A stretch of DNA of 64,000 nt, taken from assembly GCA_034780895.1 (NCBI GenBank), contig JAUZTB010000057.1, positions 25,377,040 to 25,441,039 of the forward strand, read 5' to 3'. The notes below the pieces were generated by a model. The model searched no databases. It saw nothing but the letters and a program-made list of their open reading frames with translations, and was not told the origin of the DNA. Positions 40,328 through 54,955 of the stretch are shown piece by piece. The stretch comes from Rhynchobatus australiae (taxonomy: Eukaryota). Positions within the stretch are counted from its first letter, which is position 1. Each line of letters opens with the position of its first letter. The position numbers were made by a program, and so were the translations under genes.

Positions 40328-43300
40328 CTTCAAAGAGGAAATCAGGAGAAAGAAAAACAAGCTTTAGATTCATGCATAGGTGATATTCAAGTGCAGTAAA
40401 TTGAAACAGCAAGTCGTCAAACAGTAAAGCTTAAATAAATATCTGTATAGAGAAACACTAAGCAGGAGGAGTTTGGCACAACACTGTTAACTTGCATTAA
40501 ACACATATCTGTTTAATTAGTTTAATTGAGAGTAACGATGCCAGCTGCATTAGAGAAATATTATGGGAAGCAGATGGTTCAGATTTTTAGGAAGAGTGTG
40601 TTCTATTGCGTTTATCGTCTTTTTGGTAAGTGACTTTCTCAATTTTTTCCCTCTAGCCATGAAGCGAGTTTGCAGACCTGTTCCAGTGTCCCCAGATGCT
40701 ATACTTCATAATGCATGGAAGTGACACAGGGCAACTAAGTAACTGATCTCCCCTCACTTTCTCTGGGAACACGATTGGTCAACGTTTCAGGGTCAGGGAC
40801 AAGCCTTCTATCTGAACATTCTATGTTTGAACACACAACCAAAGGATGGCAGGAGAAAGTGGAAGAAAGTTATCAAAATCTAAATGTCCTTTGAAGAATG
40901 GATGCAGGAGGTTTCGATCAGCACTAGGTGATTCCACTAATTTAGTGCACCAATTACATCCAGTAGCAGCCTTGTACTAGTTAGCTCATTAAAAGAACAT
41001 CTGGAAATTATGCTGTTGGATATTAGCTTATGAACATTTATCACATTTGTTTTAAAATCTTTTGTCCACTAATTTAATGAGGATATTAAAGTGCTACACT
41101 ATTGTAAAGGAATTTGATATAAACATATTGCACTTAGTATTATTGAATAGCATAATTTCCAAATTTAATTATCACAATCATATATTTGCCAGTATTTAAT
41201 TTGTTTTTGAATCTTAAATGACGTATCTGCATTACTTTGGAAGGTAACCTTAACTCTTGTTTCACTTCAGGACCTTTTTGCACTGCATTCACTATTCAGT
41301 GCCATGGCAGGCTGTTTGGGGATAGGTGACCAGATTGAAGTCTCTCCAGATCTCTGTATCATCTGTGTTCAAAGCCAAGGTGAGATCAGAAACCATAAGA
41401 CCATTAGATATAAGAGCAGAATTAGGTCATTTGGCCCAACAAACTATTGTTGTGAGATGAAATTTGGTTAGCTTGTTAAGTATTGAATTCTTCACCAGGA
41501 AACAAGGGAGTGGTTGTAACCTAGGTTTATATTCCAATGCCGGTATAAGCTACATAATCCCAGGAGCAACGTTGCATTCATATACTTTCCAAACAATAAT
41601 GTATGAAGAGTTCATTACTCTGTGAAGCAATTCAGGATTAACAAAAATAAAAGTATTTTATTTTTAATTTCAAACTAAAAGTGTTGGAAATGTGACAATG
41701 TGGGTACTGTAGAAAGGAAAGGGTCAGTTAAGGCAAGTGGCAGAGTGTCCCATCCAGGTTCATGCTTGAAGTATAGTCACTAAGAAGGAAGGTATTCAAC
41801 AAAATTAGATGAAAATATAGCAACCGATTCTGACATGAGCTAAAGCTTTTAGAGGAGGAATAGAGGCAATTGCATGAGGGATCAGGCATTGTTGTATCTA
41901 CATTCTGTGACACACATAATTTACAAACTCAATTTTGGCTGACTCTGGAATCCTTGTTTTGAGTGTCATAACAGTTGCATATATCATCAACATTGCAATA
42001 AACAATGTAATACAGTTGTTACTGTTCAAAAATCTTTCTTAACCTCAAATTTTAAAACTGAGTATTTCTTGAACTACACTTTTTTGGTGAAGTAACTTAA
42101 GCATCGCTGTTGATTTGCCACGGTAAATACTTCAGGAATCTGCAGCAGATAATGTTTACAAAGTTTCCCCATTTCTTTGAGAAAACAAGATGATGAGTGC
42201 AGGAACTCTTTGCACTTTTATAACCTTTTTATTAGACTACATTCTTTTAAGGAGATGTATGCTACAGCTGATTCTTTAATGGGCAAGTTCCACTTCAATG
42301 ATGTTCTTTAAAAAGCAGCCCTTAGAGACTGTTCGATCTCCAACTTCCACTTCTCAACTACTGAAGGCAATACCCTTCAATAACCTTCCCAAAGCTTGTG
42401 CAGAGTGTGCTGAGACCCCGTTGTTGGTAGGGGTTACCAAGCCTGAGCCTGAGATTGTCCTCACCTGAAGTTTGCAAAGATGTACCTTTCTTCCAGTCTT
42501 ACTGGGTGGATCAAAACTTAACTGAAGCACAGATAACTTTGGCTGATCTATTTCATTTCCACTGGAGCAGGTGGATTATATTCATGTGATTTTTTTCCAC
42601 CCTTACCAAGAGTCTTGCAAATGACATTGCCAGATAATAATAGCTCTTTGGAGAGAAAGGAACAATGTTGTCTTAGTTGCTGATTTTCTTAAATTGGTTA
42701 TGATTATTCTTACTATGTTTCTCCCCACTTAACAAATTAACTAGAATTAATTTAAGAAAACTTATTTGTATTAAAATTTGGTGCTTTAAAATTTGGTGTC
42801 CATTTTCTTCTATTTGCTTCTTTTTTTCTCCTGGAAACACTCATGGAATTCCCACCCCCACTCCCCAGGCCCAGCCCACCTCCGCGGTACNNNNNNNNNN
42901 NNNNNNNNNNNNNNNNNNNNNNNNNNNNNNNNNNNNNNNNNNNNNNNNNNNNNNNNNNNNNNNNNNNNNNNNNNNNNNNNNNNNNNNNNNNNNNNNTCTG
43001 TTGAAACAGACTATCTGCTCATCTTGCAATGTTACATTGTTCAGAGGTCAGAGCTTCTGGCATTTTGCCATCAACTCATATGACTGCTTCTATTTAGCCC
43101 TCATGTTAATCATTTTTTAAAAATCTTAGCTTTATTATGTTTTCCTTCTGTAGAACATTACACATTCCTTTAAACAGAAGAATCATGAGTTTTTAAATTT
43201 CTTTACATAAAGAACCATGAGTTTTTAATTGCTCACAGTCGGCATCTATGTCATTTTGGAGCTGTTCCATCACTGTTCCAGTCACTCTTTAAGCCGTCAT

Positions 43301-43817
43301 GACCTTCCCATTGTTTGCAAGGCCAGTGACGATTGAGCGGAGGCTGGTGACACCAACTCACCTCTTCCTTTGGTGAGAATCGAGTGCCATCACTGGGATT
43401 TGTACATAGGTCTCCTGGGTAGCATTCTTCAGTCTAATAGCAGAGCCAACAGGATGTTCACCTGCCTTGAACCTTTTCATCATGCCCATCACTTTTGTTT
43501 TATACACTTTACAATTTCCCAACCAATGATTTATCCATAGACAATTTTTGGCAAAATGTTTTGAGAATAAAAATAAATCAAATAGTCATTTAGTCTGTTA
43601 TTTCAATATTTAGTCTGTTATTCCCTTCTCAAAAAGCTTAAATTAGTTATACTGTGTATTTAATTAAGAGGTAATAACTTAAATCAACACCACCATCTGA
43701 AATTCAAAGCACATTTCTGTGCCCTGGAGAACTGAAATGACTTGACATGGAGTGCAGCATTATAACATACTTTCAGCAGTGAAGAATGAACTCAGAAAAG
43801 TCCAAATTTGTACTCAC

Positions 43818-43894
43818 CCGATTAATAAGCTGTTCTCCTGTCTCTGAAGCTGAGATAAGTTTGCAGAGAGCCTGGAGTGCAGCATGGGGCAACC
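43818..43894 (-). CDS. TTC28: TTC28 exon, 77 nt (G)LPHAALQALCKLISASETGEQLINR
   Basis: Acceptor AAAG|GG, donor CGG|GTGAGT; phase 1 to 0. Confidence 0.92.
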
Positions 43895-44569
43895 CTTTAA
43901 CACAAGAAACAGTGTTATAAGGAATATAGTACATAGCATACAGCATGTAAGTACCATTGTATATAAATATAAGTGACACATACATGTCCTATAAACAGAA
44001 GAACCTATTAAAACAACACAATACACAGATACATATTAACACACTAAATTAAACAACCTTAGAGTAATATTCAAACCTTCCNNNNNNNNNNNNNNNNNNN
44101 NNNNNNNNNNNNNNNNNNNNNNNNNNNNNNNNNNNNNNNNNNNNNNNNNNNNNNNNNNNNNNNNNNNNNNNNNNNNNNNNNATTCAAACCTTCCTAATGC
44201 AAGTATTTTAAGCATTTCATGCTAGATATGCCACAATATTTTATGTCACATTAAGGCATTCATTTATTTGCAGTATACAGGAAAAAAAACTATCCAGAAA
44301 TAAAAATAACAGAGCCACAATGTCTTCAGGCTATTAATTGACTTTCCCTCAAACAAAACCAGGGTTTTGATCTCCAGTCTGAGTAGCAATTAACCTTCAA
44401 ATGAACTCACTCTATGTTAAATTAATATTAATTAGACATCATAGCCTTAAAGGTACACATGCCTACACTTTAGCAGCAGAATATGCATTGAATCTTCCTT
44501 CATACAATATTCCTATTCTTAAAAACACTAGTCATTGTGAAAGCACAAGTAGCTCAGGAGGAGGTTTGC

Positions 44570-44570
44570 T

Positions 44571-44598
<28 letters not shown>
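44570..44598. repeat. (TA)n microsatellite
   Basis: Seen directly. Confidence 0.9.
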
Positions 44599-44604
<6 letters not shown>

Positions 44605-45155
44605 GCCATTGCAGATAATGGACTGTTAATGTACATAAGTACAGTCAATAAGCACAGTGAAATAAGCAGAGGGACATATACGGATACTCTCTGTATAATC
44701 TGGGCAATATATATATAGGCAGACCATGGAGTGTATATATCAAGGCTGGCTGTCAAAGGCCGTGATCAACAGTTCCACAACTGCGCATAATGNNNNNNNN
44801 NNGCCAAACCTCCAGTTGTGAAACACAAGGTCTCAAGAAGTTCAGCGTTCCTACCAGGAGAACGATGGCCAAAACCATTACAATGTGGGAAAGCTGGGCC
44901 AATGCTGGTGCTGTCACTGCAGAGACCCACCATTTAGTCAAGGCCAAGGCTTGAAAACAGTGCACTCTCCAAACTCCTCCTTGTGAATGGACGTGAAGCC
45001 ACTGTGAGATGACAGTTTGTCATTCATTTATCAGGCTCCTCTCCCACACCGCTGTCTGATACAACTGACTGACTATGTTATATTTCCCTCCTTCTGTCAT
45101 GGTATTGAATATCCTTCTGCATATGATGCATATATATATAGTTTCTGTATTACTC

Positions 45156-45180
45156 TGTGTGTGTGTGTGTGTGTGTGTGT
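45156..45180. repeat. (TG)n microsatellite
   Basis: Seen directly. Confidence 0.9.
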
Positions 45181-46444
45181 ATTATTGTGGGCACATACAT
45201 TAGCATGTTGGCCATAGTCCTGCAGGACAACTGCTGGCATTTCCCTGCATAAGTGCCAGCATGTTTGGGATTTCCTTGAATGTGTGTGCACAAACATGCA
45301 CCTCTCCACCAAGGAATCTCTGACTGTTGCCGTGATGCCCCAACATTTGGGGAAATGAAACAACCCATGCCAACTTAGACTTGCTGCAAGAGAAGCTTTT
45401 CCATTCATCTGAAAGGGAGAAGAACTTCAGAAAGGTTAATTATTTTATTTTTTAAAAAGTCAGATTGTTTAAATTTTTTAACTGGTTATGTGTTAAGTGT
45501 ATTGATATGCATTTNNNNNNNNNNACAACTTCTTTTAAAATTAATTGAAAATTGTTAGATGTTTTCTGAATGTTTCTGCACATCAGAATCATTCAAGACT
45601 TATGACAGCATTGACAGACAGCCAAGCCTTGCAGAAGGCCCTGCCACAGAACAGGCCTGATCCCCATGCACAAATTCTGGCCATAGGTACATGAAATTAT
45701 GAACAACTACAAAAACTGTGTGACAAACAAAAGTTCAACATATTTCAAAATATGATGCACTGATGTAAAAAGACAGGGATATTACACCATACAACACATT
45801 GTGTTTATGGAGCAGCTGCATCTCTTAAGGCCACAGGGTTTAATTTTTAGCTAACCAGAACCTTAGCACATCCAGATTTTAATTATTGCTTGGTTAAACA
45901 ACAGTGCAAATTAAAATACACTCATGGGTTGCAGGCTCTCTGTGAAAAACAATAGCAGTTGGAAAGTATTTTGCATTGTACAGTGGTTCAGTGCTTGTGT
46001 ACTTAGATGTATTGTTTGTGAAATGAAATTAGCAAACCTTTCATGACACATATTCCAGGAACTCGGACTATGTTGGCTGATAAAGAATATAGTGCTTTAT
46101 GATGTAATGAAGGATAAGGGATGAGATTGTGCTCAATTTAGCCTACCACCCACATATACTCCTCATGATTTTCCTGCCATATTTGCTTTTTGTGTCCCCT
46201 GTCGGATGATGTGGTCCCTTGAGGTGGAATGATCCGTAATTGTGACTCCCTGCAGGCAGTGTTTCCTGAGGCCCTACTCCCAAACCGCCTGAGATTGAAA
46301 CTACCCCCAGCCCCGATGCTGTCAAAGGATTTTGAATGGGTTTTAGAGTCTATGATAATCCGAGGAATTTAAAATGACCTAATAAGTTAAAAAATATAAT
46401 TATTAAAACAAATTTGAAAAAGCAAAGTGGTGAGTACACATGGG

Positions 46445-47175
46445 CCAGAGAATGTGGTTCAGAGGTGGAGAGAGTCAGCAGCTTCAAATTTCTGGGCGTT
46501 AACATCATGGATCACCTGTCCTGGGCCCAGCACATAGATACAATCATGAAGAAGGCACGATAGCACCTCCACTTTCTTCGAAGCTCAAGGAGATTCGGCA
46601 TGTCACCATCTGCAGATGCGCCATTGAAAGTATCCTGACTGGTTGCATCACAGCCTGATAAGGCAATTCCAATGCACGAGAACAAAAGAGGCTGCAGAGA
46701 GTTGTGCACACAGCCAGTCCATCAGAGGCACAGCCCTCCCCATCACTGACAGCATCTACAGGAAGTGCTGCCTCAAGAAGGTGTCATCTATCATCAAGGA
46801 TCCCCACCATCCAGATCATGCCCTCTTCTCGCTGTTACTGTCAGGCAGGAGGTACAGAGGCGTGAAGTCCCACACCACCAGGTTCAGGAACAGCTACTTT
46901 CTTACGACCATCAGGTTCTTGGACCTACCAGCACAACCCTAACCCTACCACAGCAATGGAACACTACAGACCACCCCTTGCACTATCATGGACTTGTCAT
47001 CAATTATGTCTTTGTTTTTTGTTTCACACTGTGGTATAATTGTTTGCACAATTTATGTACAATTTGTATTCTCTATGTTGTCTGTACCTATCCCCTTGAT
47101 GCTGCTGCGAGCAAGTTTTTCATCACATCTGTATCTGACCATACTTGTGCATATGACAATAAACTCAACTTGATT
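46445..47175 (+). mobile_element. Rex1/Babar LINE 3' fragment
   Basis: VERVSSFKFLGVNI, IESILTGCITA, IIKDPHHPDHALFSLLLSGRRYR, TTRFRNSYF plus 3' tail. Confidence 0.88.
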
Positions 47176-50100
47176 TGGCTTGAATTGTGTGGGAGAGAGA
47201 AGGTGTTAGAGCAGCTATGAAGAGCATGGTGAAGAAAAAGATGGAAAGGAAGTGCATAAACAGGAGGAAAGTGGTTCTGGGGTTTGGCAGCTTGCTAAGC
47301 AAGTTATGGTATGTAACCCTTTCAGAAAAAGTGGCTATAGTGTCTGCAAACAGTGTGGAACTGATCCCACACGAGTTCTTGGGTCGTATGGGCAGATGTC
47401 ATGCGTTTGGGAGTGTGGTGCTGGGTGTGGCAACAATGGAAGTCAGATTCTGGGAATACTGATGGGACTGACAAGACCTTTGAACACTAGAGGGAATGAA
47501 CCAGACGATGGTAGATGTCACATTATGATAGCCGCAGATTCAGATGTCTGGATCCAAACCTCTTCACTCATTCTCCACCTTTAACATGCTCCTTAAAACC
47601 TAACAGTTCAATTAAAATTAAAGCCACATCCTGGTTTTTCATGCTGTGGCTAGGCACCAATTTTTGGCTAATTGCTCTCTATTTGGAACATTTTACTACT
47701 ACAATAAAATCTCTATATAAACTAAAGTTGTTGCTGTAAAGGTAGGGCTTGCTCTAATTAGGAAGCCAAAGGTCGCAGCATAGCTGATGCTTTGAGTTCA
47801 GTAAAATATAGTCCAATGGTGGCTACCTGTCTCCGGCAGAATAACACACAGGCCACCTAATGAGAACCAACAGTACTGTAAGCTGACCAGACAGGAGTTG
47901 GAGTTTTGAGCATGTGGAATTGGAGAGTGGTATTGAGCATAGAGCAGCAAAAGAACAAGAGTTTCTGGTAAGTTTGGATGAAGTTCACGTTGATGTAGGA
48001 ATAGCCTATGGAATGTTCCATGAAAAGTGCACTGGCAACTTGGAGGCATTTTCCAAGTTGACATGTAGTTCTATGCTATTGAAATATTGTTGAGGGACCA
48101 AGGTTGATTGAAGATAATAAGCTTTGGTCTGTGCATGACCAAGCCATGGTCATTAGTGATTCAACGATTCACCAGAAGTTAGGCAAGTGGAGGAAGGGTT
48201 GTTGAGACATCTGAAGAAACAAAAAAGGATAGGCCAACATCTGGGAGCTCTGTAAAAGAGACATCTGAGGACAGGAATTCCAGGGACTGAGACCAGAGCA
48301 AAGAGTCCTGGGGATCTGGGAACAGTAGATGCTGATCACAAGGTGTCGGGATACTTCAAAGCAGTGATCAATTCAGATAAGCTACCAAGGAGAAAAAAGG
48401 ACTGGGGCTGGTGGTGGGGTTGGAGGATGGTGTTGAGGCAAAAGGCTATTGAATTTAAAGTTCTCATAACAGTGCCTCTGAAAGATGGGTAGTTGATGGA
48501 AAACAGCAGTGGCATGTCACATGGGAAGAATACACAATCATAGGTTCATAGGTTAAGTAAATTAAATGCAGCTAAAAGAATAGTGGGTTAGAAATTCTAA
48601 AGCACATAGAAACACATTAAAATGACAGAAAGATACTCAAACCAGTTTCCTCTGGGGAGACGGAGGAGCAAATTTCCTCCGCAGATGAAATGCAGTCATA
48701 TGCCGAGGTGATGCAAATCCTAAGTCTCCTGAGCTCTGTGACTCTGTGTCTCTTGCGACTGTGCTAATTTCAGGAGCTGCATGAGAGGATCGAACATACA
48801 CATATGGTCTCCTATGGTGCTGGGAGCATGAAAAGTAGCCGTTTCAATGGGAACCATTGTGTACGGAAGTGGGCTTGAACTGAATGACCTTTCACGAGGA
48901 GCGGTGGGATATGCACAGAAGTGGGCACCCAGCGTCTTCCACTGATATTAAGACATCCTGATATTAGAGGTGACCACTTGGGAGAAATATTAGTGCGGTT
49001 GAAATACTTCCACCTAACCTCACCCAAAAATTAAACAGTAAAGCTTCACCTCAAATATCAGAGATGTCTGGTCAACTGGGGAAGATTCCATGTTGGTCAC
49101 CAGTGGAGAACTCCCTAACCGTGGTCAGTAAAGGTCTGTCCCTTTAGTTCTGCTTGAGCTTGCTATCATCCTTCCATTAAAGCCCGCTTTTCTAGACAAG
49201 GTCCATGCTGTTTTTACACTCCAATGGTGCACCAGTGATGCCAGTCACACATTGCACACTGATTAATGTCACTGCTGCAGAACCAGTGACTTCCATTTGT
49301 ACAGTAATCACACATACGGCAGCCAGGGATTTGAATTTTACTTTATGCGCTTGTGCACTGGTGGAAATGCTAATTGTATTTTGTGATCGATCTTGCATTT
49401 CCATTAAGTAGTGTAGAGCCTAAAAAGCAAGCACGATAAGATGGAATTTCGAGGCCATGAAGGTTAAGCGTTGTGAAGGAGTGCGGCAGAACAATGTTGG
49501 AAGAATAGTGTTATACTTTCAAGAAATACAACATGACAGCACATAGAAATGGATGGAAGAGAGCAAAATATGTATGAGAAAGATCCAGAAGCACAGTGAC
49601 ATTATAAACACTGTAATACATCTGAAGATGGCGGCATACAGAAACAGCCAAGTGCAGAAACAGTGACAAATTACAGTGTAAGAAAACACAGCATCACAGA
49701 CATTAACACCGTGACATAGCAAAACAGCACTTTAAACAATGATTCGTGGAAATATGGCAAAAATAAAAAAAGCAGCATGCAGAAAAAATAATATATAAAC
49801 TCAATAGGATAAACAATGACCTTAGAAACAGAGCAACATGTACATAAAGATGTATAAGAACAGTCTGCTTGCTTTTATCATTCATCTTTTTGTTACATCA
49901 GCTTGCTTTCCCTCTCCCTCGGGGTATGGATGAGATACTTCTGTCTCTCACAGTCTTATTTGGCTATAAGAGTGATAGTTCGATCTCCAGACTATTCAAT
50001 AACTGTCAGCACTGCTACGCTGGCAAGACACAGCAGGCAAAACGAACAGCTCTAACATAAAATCTTATTTAGCCAGCTGATTTTTTTTGCACAAGTGTTG

Positions 50101-51322
50101 GAAATAAAAAGGTTAAAAAAGACAATTTCTCTAAAAGTTTTATGCATATATGTTAAATACAAATGTGATTTTGCAGATGTTCTCCAAAAGGCATTAATAA
50201 TGAAGTGTTCTGTATTATTGACTGAGATCTCTGCACACATCTCATTATTACCTATACTGTGACCTCTAAGGAATCCACCACTGATGTAAATTTAAAGCTG
50301 CATGTATTGTTTTCAAACTAAAGCACGTTTTGAAAGCAAACGCAATGAGAGGAAGCAACTGTCAGGAATGTCGCAGCACAAGACAGCTCGATGCATTTAT
50401 AAATGTATAATACCACTGGGAGCATAATAACTTCACCAACTATCACAAAGGTTGGGATTTATTTTAACATATTATAATTAAAATTAAGTAATTCCATCAC
50501 AGAGCTCATTGGGAAATGCTATATACTAGATCAGTCACAACTGTATGCCATCCCACAGAGAGACTCCAGATCCCTTTATGCTACCTGCTGTTCCTCAATT
50601 AAGGTCCCTCTGCAAAACCTAACAATGTGGCTTTTTGATTATATTCAGCTACAGTAATACAAACATCAATGCTGCTCCTATGTTTGTTGAGTTTGCTGCA
50701 GTAATGAGAGCTTGACGTGACACCTTGCCATCAGTGACTAAAATTTTAGTACATAAGCTCCTCTGATGGGTCGGCTTAGTAAACTAGTGCAGAGCTTAAG
50801 GTATAAATACTTGGAGGGACTCAGCTTTGATCATTGGTTTTTACTAAGTTAACTTGATTTCACCAAGGATCTGAGAAGCATTACAATTTATCCAGAGCAC
50901 ACTTGCATTAGTGAAGGAAAATATCATCCTATTCCTGGTACTTAGCTGAGTTCAGCTACAAAACGTACATGAATGGACACCATTGGTGACAAGAACAGGT
51001 TCCTGGTGAAACCTGAGCCCCTCCTCCCCAGTGTTCAATTCGTTGACTGGCCCTGACCCTAAAGAATACCTGCTCGGGTAAGGTCCCATTTGGTGTCTGT
51101 GGACCGGCACTCCACCAAGAACTTGATGACTTTCAGGAAGATGGAGAGAAGAGGGAAGTTGGTGGAAGAAGGAAAAGGAAAAGATAACCGTGCCAACCTG
51201 ACAGATTTTGCTTCCAGATATAGCATAGAAAGAGTTTTTTTCTGAATTTGCCATTGATATCACCCTCCTACCTGAACAGCCTACCAACACAGGAATAATT
51301 TGTCATCCAATCATGCACGACT

Positions 51323-51545
51323 GGTATTGGTTTATTATTGTCACTTGTACCGAGGTACACTGAAAAACTTGTCTTGCGTACCAATTGTACATGTCAATTC
51401 AGTAGACAGTGCAGTTACATTGAATTAGTACAGACTGCATTGAGGTAGTACAGGTAAAAACAATAACAGTAAAGTGTCACAGCTACAGAGGAAGTGCATT
51501 GCAGGTAGACAATAAGGTGCAAGGTCACAACAAGGTAAATTGTGA
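51323..51545 (-). mobile_element. LINE-type 3' tail (same family as 14922-15110)
   Basis: Reverse-complement match. Confidence 0.75.
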
Positions 51546-52019
51546 CACACAATGTAGATTACACACAAAGAACGACATTTTGTCATAAAAGGGGAATTGG
51601 CACAAAAATAGACCACCTTTTCATGGTAGCACTGTGAGATATTTGACTAATATCACTTTCTTCAGTGCTTAACGGTTAGATGCTGGAGAAGAAAAGCAGC
51701 TCTAATTCAACACCCTCGTGTAAAAGCTGCATTTTGCAGATGGGAGTTAAGTGAGGAACAGTGATTAGCATAAAGGGAGTGGGAGTTTTTTCTTTGAGGA
51801 ATGCCACACATCCTTTTCACCTGGCTACAAATCAAACAAATTTTATGCCATCAGGAGGAAGGTGGAGATAAATGAATGATTTATGTCCTCTGACACCCAT
51901 CAGTCACTGGGAGGTTACCCTAAATGTCTTTCCAGTTGCTGTACCAGAGTTCATATTGAGCCCAGCCCAGACCAACAGATGTAATTTTCCTTTCTTAAAA
52001 TGAAGCTATTTTGGGGCAA

Positions 52020-53095
52020 TGTCCACCAATGTCTTATACAACTTCAACATAACATGCCAACTCCTGTACTCAATGCCCTGATTTATGAAGACCAATGTGC
52101 CAAAAGCTCTCTTTACGACCCTATCTACCTGCGATGTCACTTTCAAGGAATTATGGACCAGGTCCCTTTGTTCCACCACACACCTCAGTGCCCTACCATT
52201 CACTGTGCAGGTCTTACCCTGGTTTGTCCTCCCAAATTGCATCACCTCACACTCATCTGCATTAAATTCCATCTACCATTTTCCCATCTGGTCCAAATCA
52301 CTTTGCAAGCTTTGATAGCCTTCTTCACTGTCCACTATGCCCCCAATCTTGGTGTCATCTGCAAATTTGCTGATCCAGTTTACCACATTTAAATCACTAA
52401 CAACAACTAGATGACAAACAACAACAGACCCAGCATCAATCCCTGCAGTATATCACTAGTCACAGGCCTCCAATCAGAGAGACAACCATCTACTGTCAAT
52501 CTCTGGCTTCTCCCGCTAAGCCAACATTGAATCCAATTGACTACTTCATCCTTAATGCCAAGCGACTTAACCTTCCGGAGCAGCCTCCCATGGGGGACTT
52601 TGTCAAAGGCCTTGTTAAAGTCCTCGTAGACAACGTCCAGCACCTTCCCTTCATCAACATTCCTGGTAACCTCCCTCTATTAGATTGGTTAGACATGATC
52701 TGCCATGCACAAAGCCATGTTAACTATCCCTAATCAGGCTCTGTCTATCCAAATACTTATATATCCTGTCCCTCAGATTACCTTCCAATAATTTACCCAC
52801 AACTGATGTCAGGGTCTCCAGTCTATAATTTCCTGGCTTATTCTTAGAGCCTTTCTTAAACAATGGAACAACATGAGCTACCCTCCAGTCCTCCAGCTCC
52901 TCACCCGTGGCTAAGGATACTTTAAATATCTCTGCCAGGGCCCATGCAATTTCTGTACTAGCTTCCCACAAGGACCGAGGGGACACCTTGTCAGGCCCTG
53001 GGGATTTATCCCCCCTGATTCACCTCAAGACAGCAAGCTCGTCCTCTTCTGTAATCTGGATACGGTCCATGACCTCACTACTCTGTCTCCTCAGT
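52020..53095 (-). mobile_element. CR1/HER1 LINE RT fragment, disrupted
   Basis: PGPD...PR, EDWRVAHVVPLFKKG, PGNYR, DFNKAFDKVPH, FADDTK, MEFNADECEV. Confidence 0.9.
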
Positions 53096-53261
53096 TCTAC
53101 AGACGTTGTGCTGCACTGTTGCTCTTTATCTTTCATTGTTTTAAAAAGCTAGATACTTGAAACGGAAAGAGAAAATGTTAGAAATGCACAGATGAACTGC
53201 AGCTGAAACGAAGAGAAGGTCAACATTCAAGGTGAAAACCCAATGTAAAATGCTATTTTAC

Positions 53262-53493
53262 CTAGAAGTGACTGGAGTGTGGTGCTGCACTGTTGAAGCC
53301 GATCTCCAGGATCCGAGACTGGAAAGAAGACAGCTGCAGGAAGCCCGCTGGCTGGAGGATCAAGCCGGAAACCTACTGCAGTGAGAAGCGACTGCCAACC
53401 TGGCACACCGCCCACTTTGTTCTCCACACTGTGCTGGGAGGTGTACATGGAATTCCGTTGACCATTCTGTATCCGCTGGAGTGACTTCTCCAC
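53262..53493 (-). CDS. TTC28: TTC28 exon, 232 nt VEKSLQRIQNGQ...TTLQSLL(G)
   Basis: Acceptor TTAG|GTG, donor CTAG|GTAAAA; 77 codons + 1 nt; peptide matches TTC28 as recalled. Confidence 0.93.
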
Positions 53494-53880
53494 CTAAGAT
53501 AGTAAAATTATAATTGATCTTCCATTTCGCATGAGTCCAGCCTGTTACTTATTGCCAGAAGAAAAGGCCATATGATGCAAAAACCCTGGTTTGAAATTGT
53601 GCTGTGGAATAATAGGGTCAATTACAATGGGTCCAGATGTCAGATGGTATTAGAAGTTTGCACTTTAATATCACATAGCATAATTTCAATGCAACATTAT
53701 ATTTTTAATTATTTGAAGTTTGTGGAGTAACGTCCCACTGCCAACAGAATAAAGTAGATATAAATGGGTGAAGCTGAACTGAAGTGGGTAGACTGACAGG
53801 GAAATAATTTCCTTTGTCTACTCTGTACCAAAATGTAAATAACAAATTTCAGAATCAAGATTGACTTGTTTCCTCTATGG

Positions 53881-53946
53881 TTCTGTGGGTCCTGAAGTAG
53901 CTAATGAGGCCGATTCTGTGGGTCCTGAGGTAGCTAATGAGGCTGA
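53881..53946. repeat. 33-bp tandem duplication
   Basis: TTCTGTGGGTCCTGA(A/G)GTAGCTAATGAGGC(C/T)GA x2. Confidence 0.85.
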
Positions 53947-54479
53947 TATGGAAACCATGGACTCTTCCACCAATGGGGCAGGGAGTGGCTGACGGGCCAG
54001 GGGAGTGGCTGGGTTATTTGCTGTAATCAGGTTTGTTGCTTCAACTGCTTTAATAGAAATTGGGACTCCACCAACAGTTCATAGAAGATGAAAAACTAAT
54101 TATATACATAGAGTTTACTTGCAGTAGGATAACCAGATATTGTACAAATTATACTCAAGTGCAAAAAGTAATTTAAAATTAAGGTTTCCTCAGTTGTTCA
54201 TTAAACATGATTTCATAACTGTAAGCATTTTATATCAGCTTCAGGTCTAGGTAGTGTATAGCCATTTATTACAATCATGCTAACAATAATTAGAATGATT
54301 TAACAATCTATCAGTTCCAATTATGCCTCTCTATCTTACTGTAGTTCCACATAATTTCCTTCTTTCAAATACAACAACAACTTGTACTTGTAATGAAACA
54401 AGTCCAGATGATTTACAATTGTTTGAAGGACGGGAAAAAAAACAGAAGCAAGACTAACGAGAGGTGATGATCAAAGGCA

Positions 54480-54955
54480 AGGGCAAAATGTTTACAATTT
54501 ATATAAGTGACTTGGATGACGGGACTGGATGTCAAGTGGCTAAATTTGCTGATGATACAAAGGTTGAAGCAAAGCAATTTGTGAAGAAGACACAAAGAAG
54601 ACTGCATAGGGATACAGATAGGTTAAGTGAATGAACAAATATCTGGCAAATGGAACATAATATAGGAAATTATCCACTTTGGTGGGTAAATAAAATATTC
54701 TTTAAATGTGAAAGACTGCAGATCCATGAGATGCAAAGGGATCTGGGTGTTCTAGTACATAATTTGCAAAAGATCAATATGTTAATGATAACATGTTATC
54801 ATTTATTGCTTGGGAAATTGAATATAAAAGTAGGGAGGTTATGCTTCGATTCTATCAGCCATTGGTGAGAACACAGCTTTAGACAGTGTGCTGTATTGGT
54901 CTCGTTGCTTAAGCAAGGATAGCCATGTGTTGGAAGTGGTTAAGAGAAGGTTTGT
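54480..54955 (+). mobile_element. CR1 LINE RT fragment
   Basis: FTIYISDLD...KFADDT...QRDLGVLVH. Confidence 0.85.

Noticed and set aside
49520-49860. A/C-skewed low-complexity tract with recurring AAACAGCA
   Set aside because: No consistent period could be established
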